A stretch of 64,000 bases of DNA from a virus. Both the position numbers and the translations under genes were made by a program. The DNA is taken from the IMG/VR virus record IMGVR_UViG_3300045988_126140, positions 1 through 64,000 of that record; one strand, 5' to 3'. Positions within the stretch are counted from its first letter, which is position 1. Each line of letters starts with the position of its first letter. Shown in pieces: positions 1-7,464 of the stretch. Below the pieces are notes generated by a model, which ran no database searches, was not told the origin of the DNA, and worked only from the letters and a program-made list of their open reading frames with translations.

Positions 1-665
1 AATTGGACCTTTAAAAATGCACATTATAGTAGTTTTAAAAAAGGAAATATTAAATGCCCTTATGAACAGAGATATTATGAGATAGGTTATTTTGGAGAAG
101 GGAAATATAAAGTTAGTGAAAATGGTAAGACAACTAGATATTTTAATGCATGGTATAATATGTTGAAAAGATGTTATAGTGAAAAATATTATAATAAAAA
201 TCTAACATATACTAATTGTGAAGTTGATGAGGATTGGTTAAATTTTCAAAATTTTGCTAAGTGGTATAAGGAAACTACTATGAAATAGAGGGCGAACAAA
301 TGGAATTAGACAAGGATATATTATATAAACATAATAAAATATATTCACCAGAAACCTGCATTTTTGTACCTCATGGTATTAATGCTTTATTTACTAAAAG
401 CGATAAAACTAGAGGAGATTCATGTATAGGAACATATCATCGTAAAAACTATAAATACCAAGTATATTGCCGTATGATTAATCCGAAAACTGGTAAATCT
501 AAAAGGGAACATTTAGGATTTTATAATACTCAAGAAAAAGCATTTGAAATATACAAATATTACAAAGAGAGAAACATTAAAGATGTGGCAGATTATTATA
601 AAGATGTAATTCCACAGAAATTGTATAATGCTTTATATGAGTATGAGGTAGAAATTAATGATTAA
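1..665 (+). pseudogene. HNH/AP2-type homing-endonuclease-like paralog (copy 1 of 9), 5' end cut by the window edge and frameshifted
   Basis: Frame 1 (1 to ~285) reads ..KCPYEQRYYEIGYFGEGKYKV..WYNMLKRCY..NFQNFAKWYKE. Frame 3 (300-665) reads ..LDKDILYKHNKIYSPETCIFVP..HLGFYNTQEKAFEIYKYYKE. Both halves align colinearly with intact paralogs such as 15505-16269. Restoring one A in the run at 271-275 would give ..KENYYEIEGEQMELDKD. Confidence 0.8.
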
Positions 666-670
666 AATAA

Positions 671-685
671 AAAATAATTAATAAA
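671..685 (+). repeat. 15-mer AAAATAATTAATAAA (exact)
   Basis: Read directly. Followed by promoter P1. Confidence 0.95.
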
Positions 686-689
686 ACTA

Positions 690-718
690 TTGACAATAAT
701 TTAGTTGTGGCATATACT
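690..718 (+). promoter_or_regulatory. sigma-A-type promoter P1 (TTGACA-17-TATACT)
   Basis: TTGACA at 690-695 and TATACT at 713-718, directly after the 15-mer at 671-685. Confidence 0.6.
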
Positions 719-751
719 TGTTAGTATAAGATATATAGGGAGGTTGGTAAT

Positions 752-1252
752 ATGAATAAAAGTAAAAACGAAATATTCACTGAAAGGCTAGAAGGTTTTA
801 TATTAAAAGAGATAGAAGAAAAAGTAGAAAAGCTTAAAAATTTAAATATTTTAGAAGCGACAATAAAATTAACATCTAAAGAGCTGTATGAATATATCGA
901 TAATAATATAGGAGATTCAGAGAACTTTGTGTTATTAGCTAAAATAAATGGAAATTATCAAATCGAAATCTTATATTATTACAAAAATAAGTTTATAAGA
1001 GCAATTACTCAAGAAGGTAATGAAGGTATAATTGACATTTATACTCTTTTAAGAATCTGTCTTTTACAAAATACTAATACACCTTCAGTTGAATTTACAA
1101 TTCATAAATGTGAACTTCATGGAAAAGAGACATTAGACCCATCTGAACTTTCTGAATTGAACAGCTTATTAAGTTGCGAACACGAATCTTGCGAATCATG
1201 TGATTATTATGATATTGAAGAAGTTAATTTGTTAGATGATAAAAATAATTAA
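752..1252 (+). CDS. hypothetical early protein (166 aa), acidic C-terminus with a CxxC cluster
   Basis: ATG follows a GGGAGG SD downstream of promoter 690-718. C-terminus contains CEHESCESC. The ORF ends ..KNN inside a near-copy of the 15-mer (1242-1256). No family recognised. Confidence 0.75.
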   Translation: MNKSKNEIFTERLEGFILKEIEEKVEKLKNLNILEATIKLTSKELYEYIDNNIGDSENFVLLAKINGNYQIEILYYYKNKFIRAITQEGNEGIIDIYTLLRICLLQNTNTPSVEFTIHKCELHGKETLDPSELSELNSLLSCEHESCESCDYYDIEEVNLLDDKNN

Positions 1253-1284
1253 TAAGGGTTATTTTTAATTAGTTTATGTTAATA
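1253..1284 (+). promoter_or_regulatory. degenerate copy of the CATAGGTAATTT-N12-TGTTAATA promoter family
   Basis: TAAGGGTTATTT (8/12), then 12 nt, then an exact TGTTAATA at 1277-1284. Confidence 0.35.
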
Positions 1285-1317
1285 TATAAGTATAAATTAA
1301 TAAAGGAGGAATATAAT

Positions 1318-1674
1318 ATGAATAAATATTTAATTGAAATGGCAGACGGAGGTATAATAGATATATGCGACGATATAGAATGCGATGATTACGGTTGTCC
1401 TACTTGTGGATTTAATGGACACTATACAAATCATATGAAAATAACATTAGAAAAGAATATTTTAGAAATAGAATTTGGAGGAATGTATACATTTGATATA
1501 CCAGATTACTTGGATATAATGAAGATATTTACTCAAAATAATGACAATATCAAAAATATGACAGAAGAAGAGTTTATAGACTTTCTTAAAGAAGAGTTAG
1601 ATAATTTAACTTGTTATGAAGTAGAAATGAGTAGAAAAGAAAAAATATATAAAAAAGATAAAGAAATATGGTAA
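1318..1674 (+). CDS. hypothetical protein (118 aa) with a CDDIECDDYGCPTC cluster
   Basis: Track ORF is 1276-1674. The preferred ATG at 1318 sits 7 nt after AAAGGAGGA. No family recognised. Confidence 0.7.
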   Translation: MNKYLIEMADGGIIDICDDIECDDYGCPTCGFNGHYTNHMKITLEKNILEIEFGGMYTFDIPDYLDIMKIFTQNNDNIKNMTEEEFIDFLKEELDNLTCYEVEMSRKEKIYKKDKEIW

Positions 1675-1703
1675 TGTATAAGTATAAATAAAGAGGTATA
1701 AAT

Positions 1704-1928
1704 ATGAATAAAGCTATTGATTATTTAAAGAGAGAGCTTGAGGTCGAATTAATAGAAGATGGATTTTTCTATTCGATATTTGAAAGTGATAAATATAGAG
1801 TGAAACTTATATTTAGAGATAGAACATTTAGAAAAGATAGTTATCAAATATACATAAATGATTATTTTATTAAATTTACTAAATGGAAGGATTTATATGG
1901 AATTGTTGATAGTTTTAAAAATAATTAA
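1704..1928 (+). CDS. hypothetical protein (74 aa)
   Basis: ATG follows an AGAGGT SD. The ORF ends ..FKNN inside the 15-mer at 1918-1932. Confidence 0.7.
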   Translation: MNKAIDYLKRELEVELIEDGFFYSIFESDKYRVKLIFRDRTFRKDSYQIYINDYFIKFTKWKDLYGIVDSFKNN

Positions 1929-1932
1929 TAAA
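1918..1932 (+). repeat. 15-mer (exact)
   Basis: Overlaps the ..KNN stop of 1704-1928. Followed by P2. Confidence 0.95.
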
Positions 1933-1937
1933 ATACA

Positions 1938-1965
1938 TTGACAAATAATTTAGTTATGATATAAT
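1938..1965 (+). promoter_or_regulatory. sigma-A-type promoter P2 (TTGACA-16-TGaTATAAT)
   Basis: TTGACA at 1938-1943 and extended -10 TGATATAAT at 1957-1965. Confidence 0.7.
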
Positions 1966-1988
1966 TATTAGTATAAGGAGGAATAAAT

Positions 1989-2060
1989 ATGAGTGGTCTA
2001 GTAATATTACTAATAGTAATAATAGTTTTGACAATTATAGACGTGATATTAAGGGGATAA
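1989..2060 (+). CDS. 23-aa hydrophobic peptide (MSGLVILLIVIIVLTIIDVILRG)
   Basis: First ORF after promoter 1938-1965. ATG lies 6 nt after AAGGAGGA. One predicted TM helix. Below the ORF-track size cutoff. Confidence 0.45.
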   Translation: MSGLVILLIVIIVLTIIDVILRG

Positions 2061-2155
2061 GGAGGAAGATTTTTATAGAGAGTTTGTAAAGATAGGAATA
2101 TATAGTGATAATAAAGTAAAGTATTCTTTTTTATATAATTAAGGAGGGTTAATGT

Positions 2156-2314
2156 ATGAAAATTAAATGTAGTTTCGGGGAGTTTATAACATTTTATGAT
2201 GAATCAGATAAAGAAATAATAACAATACAAAGTGACGATATTAAAAATACATTAAAAGATATTTTTATCTTATTAGATTATTGTGATATAAAATATATTT
2301 ATGAGGAGGATTAA
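2156..2314 (+). CDS. hypothetical small protein (52 aa)
   Basis: ATG follows AAGGAGGG. The 3' end (..YEED) supplies the GAGGAGG SD of the ligase gene. Below the track cutoff. Confidence 0.5.
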   Translation: MKIKCSFGEFITFYDESDKEIITIQSDDIKNTLKDIFILLDYCDIKYIYEED

Positions 2315-2317
2315 TAC

Positions 2318-3616
2318 ATGGGAGAATTATTTATTAAATTAGAAAAATTACAAAATATAAGTGGAACAAACGAAAAAAAGAAATTCATAAAAGAAAATCG
2401 AGACGACCAATTATTCTTAGATACTTTAGATTTTTTATTAAATCCATATAAAATTACGAACATATCTAAGAAAAAAATTAATAAAAAAGTGCAAATTATA
2501 GATAATCAATTAAAAGACTTAAATGAATTTTACGATTATCTAATTGACAAATCGACAGGAAAAGATAAAGATATTTCAATAATACAAGCATTTATAAGAG
2601 AACATGAAGAGTTTAAAGAGCAATTAGAAGAATTAGCTTGTAAAAGTATGAGATTAGGAGTACAAGGTAAATTAGTTAATAAGGCTTTAGGATATAATTT
2701 AATACCACAATTTAATGTGCAATTAGCATCTAAATACGAAGATAAAAATATTAAAGGAAAAGAATTTATTATATCAACAAAAATAGATGGTGTTAAAACA
2801 ATATGTATTATAAATAAAGATGGCAAGGTTAAATTTTATAGCAGACAAGGAAAAGAGTTTACTGATTTAGTAGATATAGAAAAATCAATAAATAAATTAG
2901 GATTAAAAGATTTCGTGTTCGACGGTGAAATTTATTATAATGGTGAAGTTGAAGATAGTAAAGATGGATATAAAAAAACAATGAACAATATATCAATAAA
3001 AGGTGAAAAACATAATTTAAAATATATTGTGTATGATTGCCTTACAAGTGTAGATGAATTTTATAATGGTATGTGTAAATTGCCTACAATAGACAGAAAA
3101 AGAAAATGTAAAGAATTATTAATAAACTTAAATGGGTATGTTGAATATTTAGGTGAATTATATCTTGGTAAGGATAAGACTGTAATACCTAAATTATTAG
3201 AACAGGCTGATAAGAATGGAGAAGAGGGCATCATAGTATCTATAGCGAGTGCAAAATGGGAAGGTAAGAGAACTAAAAATTGTATGAAATTAAAATCATT
3301 TAATGATTATGATGTTTTGGTTACTGATGTTTTGCTTGGTGATGGAAAATATAAAGACGTATTAGGTAAAATTGAAGTACAATTTAAATATAAAGGGAAT
3401 GTGTATACTAATTATATAGGTAGTGGTTTTACGGATTGTGAGAGAGAATATTATATAAATCATAAAGATGAATTAATAGGAAAAGTAATAACTATTAAAG
3501 CATTTGAATTAACTGAAAATCAAAAGGACGGTGTAGGTTTGAGATTTCCTACATGGCAAGGTAAAGAGTATATAAGATTGGATAAGAATGGAATAGATGA
3601 TACTAATGTTGAATAG
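2318..3616 (+). CDS. ATP-dependent DNA ligase
   Basis: Nucleotidyltransferase motifs are present in order: STKIDGVK (motif I, KxDG), FVFDGEI (III), EEGIIVS (IV), CMKLKS (V). Confidence 0.85.
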   Translation: MGELFIKLEKLQNISGTNEKKKFIKENRDDQLFLDTLDFLLNPYKITNISKKKINKKVQIIDNQLKDLNEFYDYLIDKSTGKDKDISIIQAFIREHEEFKEQLEELACKSMRLGVQGKLVNKALGYNLIPQFNVQLASKYEDKNIKGKEFIISTKIDGVKTICIINKDGKVKFYSRQGKEFTDLVDIEKSINKLGLKDFVFDGEIYYNGEVEDSKDGYKKTMNNISIKGEKHNLKYIVYDCLTSVDEFYNGMCKLPTIDRKRKCKELLINLNGYVEYLGELYLGKDKTVIPKLLEQADKNGEEGIIVSIASAKWEGKRTKNCMKLKSFNDYDVLVTDVLLGDGKYKDVLGKIEVQFKYKGNVYTNYIGSGFTDCEREYYINHKDELIGKVITIKAFELTENQKDGVGLRFPTWQGKEYIRLDKNGIDDTNVE

Positions 3617-3625
3617 GGGATATTT

Positions 3626-4411
3626 ATGGGGAGTAAAATAGATAGAACAGGCGAAGAGAATATCAATAATTTTGGAAGTAAAATGGTTATAATAGAGTAT
3701 AGAGGGGCATTAGATATAGATGTTTACTTTCCAGAGTATGACTGGGTTGCTAAAAATAAACAATATGGTGATTTCAAAAAAGGTGAAATATCATGTTCTT
3801 ATGAAAGAAGATATTATGGGATAGGATATATTGGTGAAGGGAAGTATAAAATAAGTGATGAAAATGGAAAAGAAACTAAGTATTATAAAGTTTGGCATGA
3901 CATGTTAAGAAGATGTTACAACTCGAAGTATCATGAAAAATATTCAACATATAAAGATTGTGAAGTAGTTGAAGAATGGTATAATTTACAAAACTTTGGA
4001 AATTGGTTTACAGATAATTATTATGAAATAAAAGGACAAAGAATGCATTTGGATAAAGATATATTAGGTAAACATAATAAATTATATTCACCTAATAATT
4101 GTATGTTTGTCCCTCAAAGAATTAATACATTATTTGTTAAATGTGATAAGGTTAGAGGAGAATATCCTGTAGGAGTATATTATAATAAACAAAATAAAAA
4201 ATTTAGAGCACAATGTAGTGTTTATAATTTTGAAGAAAATAAACAGAAACAAATATATTTAGGGTTATATGACACGTCAGAAAAAGCGTTTCAAATTTAT
4301 AAAAAGTTTAAAGAAAAGAATATTAAAGATATGGCTGATTATTATAAAGACCAAATACCAGAAAAACTTTATCAAGCCATGTATAATTACAAAGTAGAAA
4401 TAACAGATTAA
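3626..4411 (+). CDS. HNH/AP2-type homing-endonuclease-like protein (copy 2)
   Basis: Paralog family signature: DRTGE.NINNFGS, CxYERRYYGIGYIGEGKY, W..MLRRCY, LDKDIL..HNKLYSPNNCMFVP.RIN (degenerate His-Me/HNH core), and a C-terminal YLGLYDTSEKAF..YK AP2-like segment. The 15-mer follows the stop codon. Confidence 0.8.
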   Translation: MGSKIDRTGEENINNFGSKMVIIEYRGALDIDVYFPEYDWVAKNKQYGDFKKGEISCSYERRYYGIGYIGEGKYKISDENGKETKYYKVWHDMLRRCYNSKYHEKYSTYKDCEVVEEWYNLQNFGNWFTDNYYEIKGQRMHLDKDILGKHNKLYSPNNCMFVPQRINTLFVKCDKVRGEYPVGVYYNKQNKKFRAQCSVYNFEENKQKQIYLGLYDTSEKAFQIYKKFKEKNIKDMADYYKDQIPEKLYQAMYNYKVEITD

Positions 4412-4413
4412 TA

Positions 4414-4428
4414 AAAATAATTAATAAA
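4414..4428 (+). repeat. 15-mer (exact)
   Basis: After the stop of HNH copy 2. Followed by an SD. Confidence 0.95.
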
Positions 4429-4442
4429 ATGGAGGGTGTATT

Positions 4443-4988
4443 ATGAATATAGATAATATAAAATCTATAGATTTTGTTTTCGAAAATTGTGAAACCATGA
4501 GAATACCGATTGAAAGCTTTAAAAGCTTAGAAATAGAAAAAGCAAATGATGATTCTTATTCTCTTTCATGTATTATAGAAGGAGTAGATAAAATACAGGA
4601 CTCTTTATATAAAGAATATTTTAATCCATTTCAACGTATTGTTGATTATGATGATATAACTTCTATAGAAATAAGATATAAAAATGGAGACGTAAACAAT
4701 TTATACATGATTTGGGAAGGTGATTATTCTAATTTTTATCAAGAATCGTGTTTATTAAAATTTAATAAAATAAAAATAGATATAAATAAAGAAGTTAAAC
4801 AAGCTAAAATAAAAAGAAATATAGGGAAAAAAGCTGTGGAAATATTGGATTATATTTATCAAGATGTAGATGTAAATTTTTGTAATGATTGCGTTTATCA
4901 CGAGGATTGTAAAAAAATGAAACAGAATAAAGATATTGATATATGTGATGTATTATATTTTTTATCAAATTCATATGAAAATAATTAA
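4443..4988 (+). CDS. hypothetical protein (181 aa), C-terminal FCNDCVYHEDC motif
   Basis: Good SD (GGAGGG). Ends ..YENN inside the 15-mer at 4978-4992. Confidence 0.75.
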   Translation: MNIDNIKSIDFVFENCETMRIPIESFKSLEIEKANDDSYSLSCIIEGVDKIQDSLYKEYFNPFQRIVDYDDITSIEIRYKNGDVNNLYMIWEGDYSNFYQESCLLKFNKIKIDINKEVKQAKIKRNIGKKAVEILDYIYQDVDVNFCNDCVYHEDCKKMKQNKDIDICDVLYFLSNSYENN

Positions 4989-4992
4989 TAAA
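4978..4992 (+). repeat. 15-mer (exact)
   Basis: Overlaps an ..ENN stop. Followed by P3. Confidence 0.95.
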
Positions 4993-4997
4993 ATATA

Positions 4998-5025
4998 TTG
5001 ACAAATAATATAGGTATGATATAAT
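4998..5025 (+). promoter_or_regulatory. sigma-A-type promoter P3
   Basis: TTGACA at 4998-5003 and TGATATAAT at 5017-5025. Confidence 0.7.
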
Positions 5026-5068
5026 CATTACTATAAGGAGGAGATAATATGAAATATAAATTTTAAAT

Positions 5069-5100
5069 CATAGGTAATTTCAATAACAGTTTTGATAATA
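5069..5100 (+). promoter_or_regulatory. phage-specific promoter C1 (CATAGGTAATTT-N12-TGATAATA)
   Basis: Exact upstream box at 5069-5080, with TGATAATA at 5093-5100. Confidence 0.6.
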
Positions 5101-5177
5101 CTATAATAAGAAGGTGATTAAAATGTAAACTTAAAAGAAATACCTCGACAAAAGTAATTAATAAAGGAGAGATAAAT

Positions 5178-6020
5178 ATGAGTAATATAATTGATATAAA
5201 TAGAAATAAAAAGATAAAAAGTATACCGAGCACAGAGGTTGCTAAAATGATGAAAAAGGAACATTGGGAAGTATTAAGAATGTTAGAAGGATATGAACCA
5301 CCTAAAGGTAGTAAAAGTAGAAAAGTTATTGGAATAATACCAACACTTACCGACCACAACATTGTGGTGAGTGATTATTTTATTGAAAGCACATATAAAG
5401 ATGCAAGTGGTAAGTTAAATAAATGTTATGAATGTACTAAAATGGGTTGTGAATTATTAGCTAATAAACTTACTGGAGAAAAGGGAATATTATTTAGTGC
5501 TACATATGTAAAAAAATTCAATGAAATGGAATCAACACAAATGCAAACAATAGACACAACAGAATTATCACCTAGCCTTCAGTCATTCAAAATGTTATTT
5601 GATAGTATGGTTGAACAAGAATTAAAACAGAAACAAATGGAAAAAGATATAAAAGGACTTCAAAATTCATTAGATAATATACAAGACTTAATATCATTGT
5701 CGAAAGATAATTGGAGAGCAGATGTGAAAAATATGGTTAATAAGATAACATATAAAACTGGTATAAATCATAAGGTTGTATATGATGAAGTATATAAAGA
5801 AATAGATAACAGATTTGGAGTAAATTTAAATACTAGATTGAAAAATAGAAAAAATAATGCTATTAAAAATGGTGTAAGTAAAACAAAAGCAGATAAAATA
5901 AATAAATTAGACATAATAAACGAAGACAAGTTATTAATTGAGGCAATATTAATTGTAATAAAAGATTTAGCAATTAAATACGGTTTATATGAAGAAAATG
6001 ATTTAACAATAAATATGTAA
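5178..6020 (+). CDS. Rha-family phage regulatory protein (antirepressor-like)
   Basis: N-terminal IPSTEVAKMMKKEHWEVLRMLEG .. YFIESTYKDASGKLNKCYECTKMGCELLANKLTGEKG resembles the Phage_pRha domain. Preceded by tandem promoters at 4998-5025 and 5069-5100. Confidence 0.6.
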   Translation: MSNIIDINRNKKIKSIPSTEVAKMMKKEHWEVLRMLEGYEPPKGSKSRKVIGIIPTLTDHNIVVSDYFIESTYKDASGKLNKCYECTKMGCELLANKLTGEKGILFSATYVKKFNEMESTQMQTIDTTELSPSLQSFKMLFDSMVEQELKQKQMEKDIKGLQNSLDNIQDLISLSKDNWRADVKNMVNKITYKTGINHKVVYDEVYKEIDNRFGVNLNTRLKNRKNNAIKNGVSKTKADKINKLDIINEDKLLIEAILIVIKDLAIKYGLYEENDLTINM

Positions 6021-6023
6021 TTA

Positions 6024-6038
6024 AAAATAATTAATAAA
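6024..6038 (+). repeat. 15-mer (exact)
   Basis: After the rha stop. Followed by an SD. Confidence 0.95.
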
Positions 6039-6057
6039 ATCTAGGAGGATATATATT

Positions 6058-7194
6058 ATGGAAAGAATAATAAACTTTACTGGGGAACTTGATGCTGAAT
6101 TAGGAAATTATGTAGTTAATGAATTATTAGATATATATGATAAAAATAAAGCTATAATTGAAACAAATGAAAGATTAAAATATCAAAGTGATTATCTACC
6201 ATTATACGCTGATGTAGTAGAATTTAGAATAAATAGTAACGGGGGAGATTTATATAAATTTTTAGAAATATATGATTTAATGGAAAGGATGAAGCAAGAA
6301 CAAGGAATAATATTTAAGGCAAGAACAAGTAGTCACGCTTATTCAGCAGGAATGTATTTGTTTTGTGCTTGCGATTATAGAACAATGAGTAAATTTGGTA
6401 GTTTAATGTATCATGAAATGTCTATGATGAGGATGGATAAATTAAGCGACTTAGAAAGTGAAACAAAAAGAATGAATAAAATACAAAAAATATTAGATGA
6501 TATAGTTACTCGAGATACTGGTCTAACTCAAGAAATTTTGGATAAATATAAAGGACGTGATTTTTGGATAGATTTTGATAAAGCTTTAGAATATGAAATA
6601 ATAAAGGAAGAACCTAGCGAAGAGGAGCGATTAGCAAAAGCATTAGAAGATATGGATAAAGAAGAAATGACAGAATCAGAATGGAACGCTTTTATCGAAG
6701 AGATGAAGGAATTGATTAATATTATTCCAGATAAGCCTACAGAAAAAGAAATACAAGATAAAATAAAAGAAATAGAAGGGGATACAGAACCAGATATGAC
6801 ATTAGGGGAAGCTGTTAAAGAGGTATTAGGCGAAGACTTTAGATGTAATGAAGAAGTTGAATGTGATGAGTTTGAAAATAGATGTTGTTATATGTGTGAG
6901 AACTTTGATAAATGTGATAAATTATGTAAATATGCAGAAAAAGCAGATATATGTGAACATATGGAGAATAAATTAGATGAATTAGATAGTGAATGTGAAA
7001 ATTGCACTTGTAAAGAAAATAAACAAGAAGATATAAAAGAATGTGAGGAACCAACTGAGTGTGGGTTACATCGTGGAACTAATATTTGTTGCCATTTCTG
7101 TCCAGACTTTAATGAATGTACAGACTTTCATAAATGTGCATTCACTGATGACGTCTTTGATTGTGAATATTTAAAAGAACCTTTGGATGACTAA
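6058..7194 (+). CDS. ClpP/S14-like serine peptidase with a C-terminal tandem cysteine-rich extension
   Basis: FRINSNGGD, SHAYSAGMYLF (Ser) and LMYHEMS (His) match ClpP-fold landmarks. The last ~115 aa hold two CC-x2-C-x2-F-x2-C repeats. Confidence 0.65.
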   Translation: MERIINFTGELDAELGNYVVNELLDIYDKNKAIIETNERLKYQSDYLPLYADVVEFRINSNGGDLYKFLEIYDLMERMKQEQGIIFKARTSSHAYSAGMYLFCACDYRTMSKFGSLMYHEMSMMRMDKLSDLESETKRMNKIQKILDDIVTRDTGLTQEILDKYKGRDFWIDFDKALEYEIIKEEPSEEERLAKALEDMDKEEMTESEWNAFIEEMKELINIIPDKPTEKEIQDKIKEIEGDTEPDMTLGEAVKEVLGEDFRCNEEVECDEFENRCCYMCENFDKCDKLCKYAEKADICEHMENKLDELDSECENCTCKENKQEDIKECEEPTECGLHRGTNICCHFCPDFNECTDFHKCAFTDDVFDCEYLKEPLDD

Positions 7195-7208
7195 AAATAA
7201 TTAATAAA
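7194..7208 (+). repeat. 15-mer (exact)
   Basis: Begins at the last base of the ClpP-like gene's stop codon. Followed by hairpin H1. Confidence 0.95.
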
Positions 7209-7223
7209 TTTTATAATACGAAG

Positions 7224-7240
7224 AGGGAGGAATCCTCCCT
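7224..7240 (+). promoter_or_regulatory. intercistronic GGGAG stem-loop H1
   Basis: AGGGAGGAaTCCTCCCT, followed by AGAAAGGAG SD. No U-tract. Confidence 0.5.
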
Positions 7241-7260
7241 AGAAAGGAGAATAAAAGAGT

Positions 7261-7392
7261 ATGAGCAAATATTGTATTCATTGTAATAAAGAATTAAAAA
7301 ATGGAGAGCTAAGTTATTGTGAAAGCTGTTTTAATAAATTGAAAACTAAAGGAATGTTTACAACTGAAAAAGAAAAAACATCAAAGAAGTAG
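7261..7392 (+). CDS. 43-aa zinc-ribbon protein (CIHC..CESC)
   Basis: ATG follows AGAAAGGAGA. Two CxxC pairs. Below the track cutoff. Confidence 0.5.
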   Translation: MSKYCIHCNKELKNGELSYCESCFNKLKTKGMFTTEKEKTSKK

Positions 7393-7464
7393 TTGTGTAC
7401 TATAAAGATAAAGTGTTAGAAAGATTTATTAATAGCATACAAAACTATAAAGGAGAGATAAGAT

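Noticed and set aside
7211-7232. ATAATACGAAGAGGGAGGA at 7211-7229, TAATACGAC at 36045-36053, and TATAGGGAG at 14662 and 36108 superficially recall the T7-class promoter TAATACGACTCACTATAGGGAGA.
   Set aside because: The two halves are never at the right distance: they are fused without the central CTCACTAT, or are 55 nt apart. The GGGAG parts are arms of hairpins. No single-subunit RNA polymerase gene is visible in the window.
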